A DNA stretch of 63,822 nucleotides, counting the filler, from Craspedostauros australis (Eukaryota): assembly GCA_030167865.1 (NCBI GenBank). It is 9 parts of 9 records of this genome, joined end to end, with 100 filler letters (N's around TTAATTAATTAA, not from the genome) between each part and the next. Parts side by side here need not be neighbours in the genome. Positions count along the whole stretch, not along the records: positions 50,048 to 62,078 come from JALAGF010006359.1; positions 62,179 to 63,822 come from JALAGF010006378.1; 7 more parts are not named here. One strand, given 5' to 3'. Under the pieces are notes generated by a model, which saw nothing but the letters and a program-made list of their open reading frames with translations, did no database searches and was not told the DNA's origin. Shown one piece after another: positions 57,685 to 63,822 of this stretch (position 1 is its first letter; the number at the start of each line of letters is the position of its first letter). A program made the position numbers and the translations under genes.

Positions 57685-58255
57685 AGAGAGGTTTTGCATT
57701 CCACTCAGCCATTCCCGCGAGGGAGTCATAACCTGATAGAGACATGTTTCCGGGGGTGGCGAGAAATCACCCCCTCGCTCAGTGGAATTGATTTCCATTT
57801 CTGCACCAGAAATGGAAATCATTTCCACTCAGAGAGTCCCGGCAAAAGTGTCACTTCCACGCGGAGATGTATGTTTATCCAATCAGGGAACTTCTATCGA
57901 TGTCTACAATAGATTTTATTTCTAGTTGAGTTCTTGCTTCGAAATGATGCTAGTACTAGGATTATCGTTGCTCACAACAGACTCAATAAACATATCCATA
58001 ATGTACTCCAATTAGAGTATAGCCTTCACCATTGTAGTATTTTTTGTCAAAATCTCCATTGATCTCCACTGATCGTCCGCCAAAGACTTCTAGGTCTAAA
58101 AGATCTAGATTCTAATCAAAGCGGACTTTCATGAATGACTAGATGGACTAACTTCAGTCCTTCCACGAACCAGCAATTCTTGAGAACTCTTGTTGGCACC
58201 ATGTCGTATGTGACATGGCGCCTGGGGGCCTCTGAGTGGAATGCAAAACCTCTCT
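57685..58255. mobile_element. MITE 2 (571 bp, perfect 24-bp TIR, ATT TSD; PIF/Harbinger-like)
   Basis: AGAGAGGTTTTGCATTCCACTCAG ... CTGAGTGGAATGCAAAACCTCTCT, with ATT at 57682-57684 and 58256-58258. Confidence 0.9.
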
Positions 58256-59034
58256 ATTGACCACCAAATCTTTTCTCCTCCTTTCTCTCCTCCATTCACG
58301 AATCCATCATGACTCAAGCATGACCGACCTGACTCACACCCCACCTTGGGAACTATATGCTCCCCAGATCCTTTTACTACAACATACCTCGATTCCCTCC
58401 ATGCTAACGACTACCGCACCACTGCCGTAGTCTTGACGTGTGTATCCAACCTGCTTCAACTCGAGCAATGGAATCCGAGGGTCAGCTCCAACCACAGCCA
58501 CTGCTTTATGACCGTCACTAACATGCGTCATGATCTACACTGCAGTGTATCTACATGTATGGAGAGCAAGGCTCTGTTATGATCATCTACCCTCAAGCAC
58601 TGAACCAAGTACATCAGCGCAGGGTCTCGCCAAGTTGTGTGGCATCGTTTCTTCACCCTACTAACACTACAAGCTAACTCATAATAAACAGACAAGGATG
58701 AGCTACAAAGCACTCTTCTACTCATCGTTACAGTAACAACTCTTCAATCAGTACACCTCTCTTGATCTGCATCACATGGCTATCCCGAAGCCGGCAGATC
58801 CAAGAGGCATCCTCCACCGATTCGCGCCGTCTACGCCCGAATCCTAACTCTTGGTAAAACTGAGATCAGTCACACGCAATTTGGTTCACGGGTGGAATGA
58901 ATTACATTCAAAGGTGTGACGAATATCGTTGGGAGTTGCGGCAATCATGGGTATCTTCGACAGAGTCGTACCCTCGATTCCTAACAGCTGTTGGCAGATG
59001 AGAGTCTGCATGTTGGTAGGTGTTCGAGTATGGA

Positions 59035-59077
59035 TCAGCAATTGACAGCAATTGACAGCAATTGACAGCAATTGATA
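59035..59077. repeat. Tandem repeat (CAGCAATTGA)x4
   Basis: Directly visible 10-bp unit containing the palindrome CAATTG. Confidence 0.9.
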
Positions 59078-60096
59078 GTGACTGACATCCTGCAGCGATA
59101 TTGACCTTGATCATGATCATTCTGGTGGTGGTTGCTGGCAAGGGCAGCCATGGTTGTTGCTTGTGTCACAGAAGCGACACTCACTGGGAATGTCAAACAT
59201 GTACAAGTAACTACAGTAGACGTATTGGCCCATTGTTGTGTGCCCTGGTCGGAGCTCTTGTTGCTTTATTGTGAGTTTTCTGAAGACAATCTCTGACCAG
59301 TATGTTGGATTAATACGATTCGTAAAGAAGTAAGAAGTTTGTAGCTCAAACTAGTATTCCCATTAGTCGTGTTAAGATTTAGTCTAGTTAGTCAACTGTC
59401 CGACTGCTCAGAATGTTTGAGCGGGATTGAAGAGTGACTCGATATCGGTGGGATGGGGTCCCACAGGGTCCCACCCCACGAATCATGCTCGACTTAGGAC
59501 GAAATCGTTCGTCTGACCAATTTGGGGATTGAGCGATCGTGCCATCCCACACCACTTATGGGTGTGACATGGATTGTCCTGGATGGACAAACGGACCAAA
59601 CCGTTGAATGAACATCAATCCCCAAAAGCGATCGGAAGAGTGAACAACAAACTCTCTCTCCGGCCATCATGAAATTGATGTCTCCTCTCTCGAATGGCAA
59701 CATCGGAACCGTGATGAATGCACGTGGGAGACTCGATGCTCCGCTATACCACTACTAATAGAGATGATGCAGATCCAACTACAATGGATGCTGCTCATCA
59801 ACTGCTCACAATCCTTTTGAAAGTCTCATTTGGATTCGTATCAGCTTTTAAGACTAAGACACACACTCACACACAAACTCACCAACCTACTGCACTACCA
59901 TGGATTGATCACCCTTCGGCGTACAGTAAGTTACCCTCATTTTCAATATTGTTCTATCAGAAGTAAAGAATTCTGTGAGAATTGTCAGGGAAGGCAAGGG
60001 CATGCCTCCCAAGATCCATGCTCCTCAGTTTTGGATGGCAGCCACTTCGATCCTGTTTCCTTCTCCTGTTTAATACATCATCCATAGTTGTGCTCA

Positions 60097-60913
60097 TGTT
60101 GGAAATCCGGGGTGGTGTGATAGTAGAAAGCTAATCATTTGTTAGAATCTACTTCTCTGAACTGTGAGCTCTTCATTGCTCTCAATCTCAAAGTTCGATC
60201 TCCTTCTGAGATCACCATGAGTCCCTCTGTTGGTCTAGCAGGCATTCATCTTGCATTCATTGCAAATTCATCATGGACATGCGTGCACCACCAAGTACCC
60301 CATGTTCGTGCACAAAAGCACGTTGTCCTCCACTGATAGTTTCAATGTCTTAGACATCGCCAAGTCGTAGGCATCACTCAGGTTGGTCCATTCAACCAGA
60401 TCACGGTCTCCCATTCGTCACGGGAACACCTTGGTTGGGAGCTCATTCAGCTCCTCGACCATCACACATCTCCAATCATCTCCGATGGTTTGCTTGTTGT
60501 TTCTCCGCTTACTTCGCCGATCACTTCACCGGCTTCCTGGAGGTTCCTCATCTCAGGTTTGTTCACAGGCCATCTCACTCTTCGTGACATCGGCCTTCCT
60601 CCAGTACTCTTTTCTCATTGGTTGCGACATGGGGGCCGTAGTTGCTTGTATCGTGATGTTGGTCACGATTCCAACATCCCTGCCCCCTGCGACATTCATG
60701 TGTGATTGGCATTCCTGCATTGAGGTCACGAACGCCAAGGTACGGTTCGCATTCGGCACGTGTCGTTCTCCATCACCAAAACACGTGCAGCTCACATTTT
60801 TGTCACAAAGATCCAAGGGTGAGAGTTGCGGTAATGTATCATATCATGACATTCGGATCCTTACCCCTTGGAGGTGCGGCAATTCGGTGTTTCAGAACAT
60901 CCGATTCCTGACA
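60097..60913. mobile_element. Solo LTR, family C (817 bp, TG...CA); 6-bp TSD TGCTCA
   Basis: TGCTCA at 60091-60096 and 60914-60919. Start TGTTGGAAATCCGGGG and end CGATTCCTGACA match the termini of 55855-58986. Confidence 0.85.
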
Positions 60914-62959
60914 TGCTCATGTCCACATGAGTCCTTGTTCAACCTATTTATGACCTTTGTATGTATCTGTGTGAGCATCATGTAGAGTGAAGAAAGATCA
61001 GGACAACATGTCGACTCTCATACCATCAATGCATGGAGTAATGGAGTAGCAGTAGGTGAGGAGGGGTGAGTATGAGCATCTGCATGAGCATCTGCATGAG
61101 CACCTGCATGATTTGAGGGTCCTTGCCATTCGTCTCTCAATCCACAACCTCAGCAACAAACATGAGAGACGAAGATGAAGAGGTTTGTGCTTGGGATGTT
61201 CTTCGTTCATGTAGCATGCCCTTTTAGAAACACGTCACTCGAATTCATGGAAGGATTGTTTGCCGAGCGTGTTGGCCAATGCACTTGTCAAGTGTGTGGG
61301 TATTATTGAAGACATTCCAGCACGTGTACGAAAATTCACACATGCTCTACAGAATGTACGGAGGCACGCATGACCTTTTAGGCCAATGGCGACACTCAAC
61401 GACCATTTCGGACCACTTGTGTGTCGCGATCAATGATCTCTCGCATTCGTTGTGCTTTGACAGATGTCCACACACACACCTCGATCTTCTCCAATGGTTT
61501 TACTCGTACCAGTCGAAGATTCTCGTTTTCAACGATGTCACACAACAGAACTGTGCTGTTGTGGGAACGTGTCTCCTTCCTTCTTTCCTTCTTTCTTCTT
61601 GTTGTCCACGTGCATTTTCGTGATGGATGGGAACAGGGACACCCGGCAAATCCAGAAAATTGGTCGATGTCCGACTAATTCGACCTCTATTTCGTTGACC
61701 AGTGCGAAACACTTCGTTGGGCCTAATTGAAACTGTGACAATGACCATCCATCCTGGTCTCCAGAATCAGTGACTATTGCCGCATCTCTCTATGACCAAT
61801 ATACTTTTTTAGTACACAAACAAAATATCAAATGTCATTGCGACTGTCTTTGTGACCTCATTCACGAATTCGATTTCCACGCCTCAAGAAATGGGCTAGT
61901 CGTGATTATTTCCATTAATGGATTTCTCATTTCAATTATTGTTCTATAGAAGTGCGCTGGTCGCGACTGTTTCCATTAATGCATTTCTCGTTTCCATTTT
62001 TTCCATGGAAGTGCGCTGGGCCCAATATGGTCTCATTTTTTGGTTTCATGGCATCGGTCACGGGACTCGTCATCCGCCNNNNNNNNNNNNNNNNNNNNNN
62101 NNNNNNNNNNNNNNNNNNNNNNTTAATTAATTAANNNNNNNNNNNNNNNNNNNNNNNNNNNNNNNNNNNNNNNNNNNNGGACGACGCCCCTCAATCTCCA
62201 AGGCCCCCATACAAGATGCGTGCGGCATCAATTGAAGATGCACGTCGTGAAGTATGCTCTGCTGAAGTTGTCTGAAAGAGGCTGCAGCCGACCATATCTG
62301 CAGAATGGTCATGTTTGGTTGGAGCAAAAAATGCACCACCACATCATCATCTGGAGGTGTATCACGTCATCCATGCACTCCCAGCCCATTCTGGATGCAT
62401 CCGCGTGTTGCCATGGAGTGTGGGAATGCACGAGGAGTGCTTGGAGGGGCTGAAAGGATCGTATGGATGAGGTATGGATCCGTATCCATACTGCATCCGG
62501 ATTGAAAACGTTTTTGGCAATCGCTCTGTTTCAGTGTGTGGCTGCATTGCTGCATGCAGAGCCAATGTCTGTGGCCAGCCTTCATGGAGTGGGTAGCTGG
62601 GGGGTATGCAGAGCGAATGGTATGCACAGTTTGCTGAAATACAAGGATGATGATGATGATCATGTGTGCTCATTGGAGGGCAACATTGTGGCATCAGCAT
62701 TTTTTTCCGAATCCACCACACAAACACAGCAAACCAACATGATTTCCAAAATATTTTCTATACTCATTTAACTTTGATATTCTGATTAAAAGATAGCCAG
62801 GCATCTGAGCGCAATGTTTAGATTTAATTTTAAACGATGTGGTGTTGAGATATAGCATGACAAGCAGATATTGGATGTGCTTTTTGGATGGCCTCTAGAC
62901 TCGTTTTAGTAGCCTGACCGGGCACCCACAAATCTCCACAACTAGTGTTATCGCGGCGA

Positions 62960-63822
62960 CGCACAACCATCACNNNNNNNNNNNNNNNNNNNNNNNNNNN
63001 NNNNNNNNNNNNNNNNNNNNNNNCCAACACAGCCTCACTTTCTGTGTTGGCCTTCAGTGTGTCAGCATCACACCACATCTGATGATCCAGCTCCTCTTCT
63101 TCTCTCCGCAACGCTTCTTCTCTTCGTTCCTCCTGTGTTTCAGCTGGCGCATCGCGGGTCGCCACAATTGCAGATGCTGTTGCTGTTGCTGTTGTGTTGC
63201 CTGTTGGGTTGGTGGTGGTTTCTGTCTTGATGAGGGCAGCCTCCTTCTTTTCCTTGCGTTGTTTGGCGTTGTACGCTGCAGACAGCGACGCTTTCACGCG
63301 CATGGGATTTGCGTGCAGTTGTACGTACCAGTCAGTTTTGGTCCTGTTGTCGTCCATCAATTGCTCGTGTGCTTCGTGTTCGGACGGTCTGTTTTTCGGG
63401 TCCTTCGCGGACGCTTCACTGATGTCCTTCAATTTGTCCGCGATGTATTCTGGTAGTTCCGCTGGTTTGCGCATTGTTTTGCTCGTCCAGCCTGGCACTG
63501 CAAGTGGTGGATGTTCTGTTTCTGCGGTCCGGTCTTGTAGCGCTGTGGTGTGATCGGATGGTAGATGTTGTTGTCCGTCTGCGATGGCTTTGCCGAACGC
63601 CAGCGCCTTGCTCTCTGCTGCTGTGCGCCCGAGTTTTCGCGTCTTGTCCGTCTTCCTGAACGATTCGGACGTTATCGGCAGCTTCTCGGACATGTGCGAA
63701 TCGTCCTCGATGACACCCAACTCGTTGATGATCCACCATTCCCATTCAGCGCTCTTGACCACGACGTCTTCTGTGATACCAGATGCAGCCACCAACCGCG
63801 CCTGGTCATCATCATACTTCAC
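62960..63822 (-). CDS. 5'-partial ORF of unknown function, possibly a DNA-transposon protein C-terminus
   Basis: Open for more than 260 codons from the window edge. The PGWTSKTMRK...KLKDISE...EAHEQLM..VKASLS segment is reminiscent of helical tails of unclassified transposases. Runs into an N gap. Confidence 0.4.

Larger units (their letters stand above)
56380..58849. mobile_element. Solo LTR, family A (AG...CT termini), 684 bp after removing nested inserts; 5-bp TSD CTTGG
   Basis: CTTGG at 56375-56379 and 58850-58854. Colinear with 27060-27746 on both sides of the nested insert. Confidence 0.88.
55855..58986. mobile_element. Solo LTR, family C (TGTTGGAAAT...TTCCTAACA), 657 bp after removing nested inserts; 6-bp TSD GCTGTT
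   Basis: GCTGTT at 55849-55854 and 58987-58992. Both termini resemble those of 60097-60913. Confidence 0.8.

Noticed and set aside
59448..59480. GC-rich imperfect hairpin as a Helitron 3' end
   Set aside because: No following CTRR terminus and no matching 5' end identified.
31525..62179. Eight regularly recurring TTAATTAATTAA motifs, superficially like a repeat array
   Set aside because: Always embedded in N runs with stops in six frames. These are assembly linkers, and they also invalidate synteny across them.

Overview
Eukaryotic DNA, very probably from a diatom: GT-AG introns, signal peptide plus ASAFAP-like plastid presequences, a diatom-type HSF, CoDi-like Ty1/copia elements and diatom-type STAND ATPases. 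It is not one contiguous locus. Eight artificial N-TTAATTAATTAA-N linkers join nine gappy scaffold pieces, so adjacency across a linker means nothing. Segment 1 (1-31.5 kb) is gene-rich: HSF, an orphan subtilisin tail, a RING-ankyrin-2OG/Fe(II) oxygenase fusion, a plastid FKBP, an IFRD protein, a cis-prenyltransferase, an intact STAND (AAA_16 plus helical repeats) ATPase, a paralogous STAND pseudogene broken by an LTR and a deletion, and a secreted spondin-domain protein. The short middle pieces carry a plastid NTF2/DUF2358-like protein, a Methyltransf_22 enzyme, a LINE 3' end, a MULE transposase and three Ty1/copia pol fragments. The 50-62 kb piece holds a second intact STAND gene with an intron inside Walker B, followed by a TE island that resolves by TSDs into a nest: TG..CA solo LTR (6-bp TSD) > AG..CT solo LTR (5-bp TSD) > two abutting TIR elements sharing a triplicated ATT target. 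Best candidates for new biology are the effector-less NLR-like STAND family in birth-and-death turnover, the RING-ANK-oxygenase fusion, the non-canonical AG..CT LTR family, and CpG decay spreading from a TE into a host gene. All family calls come from motif recognition by eye, without database searches.
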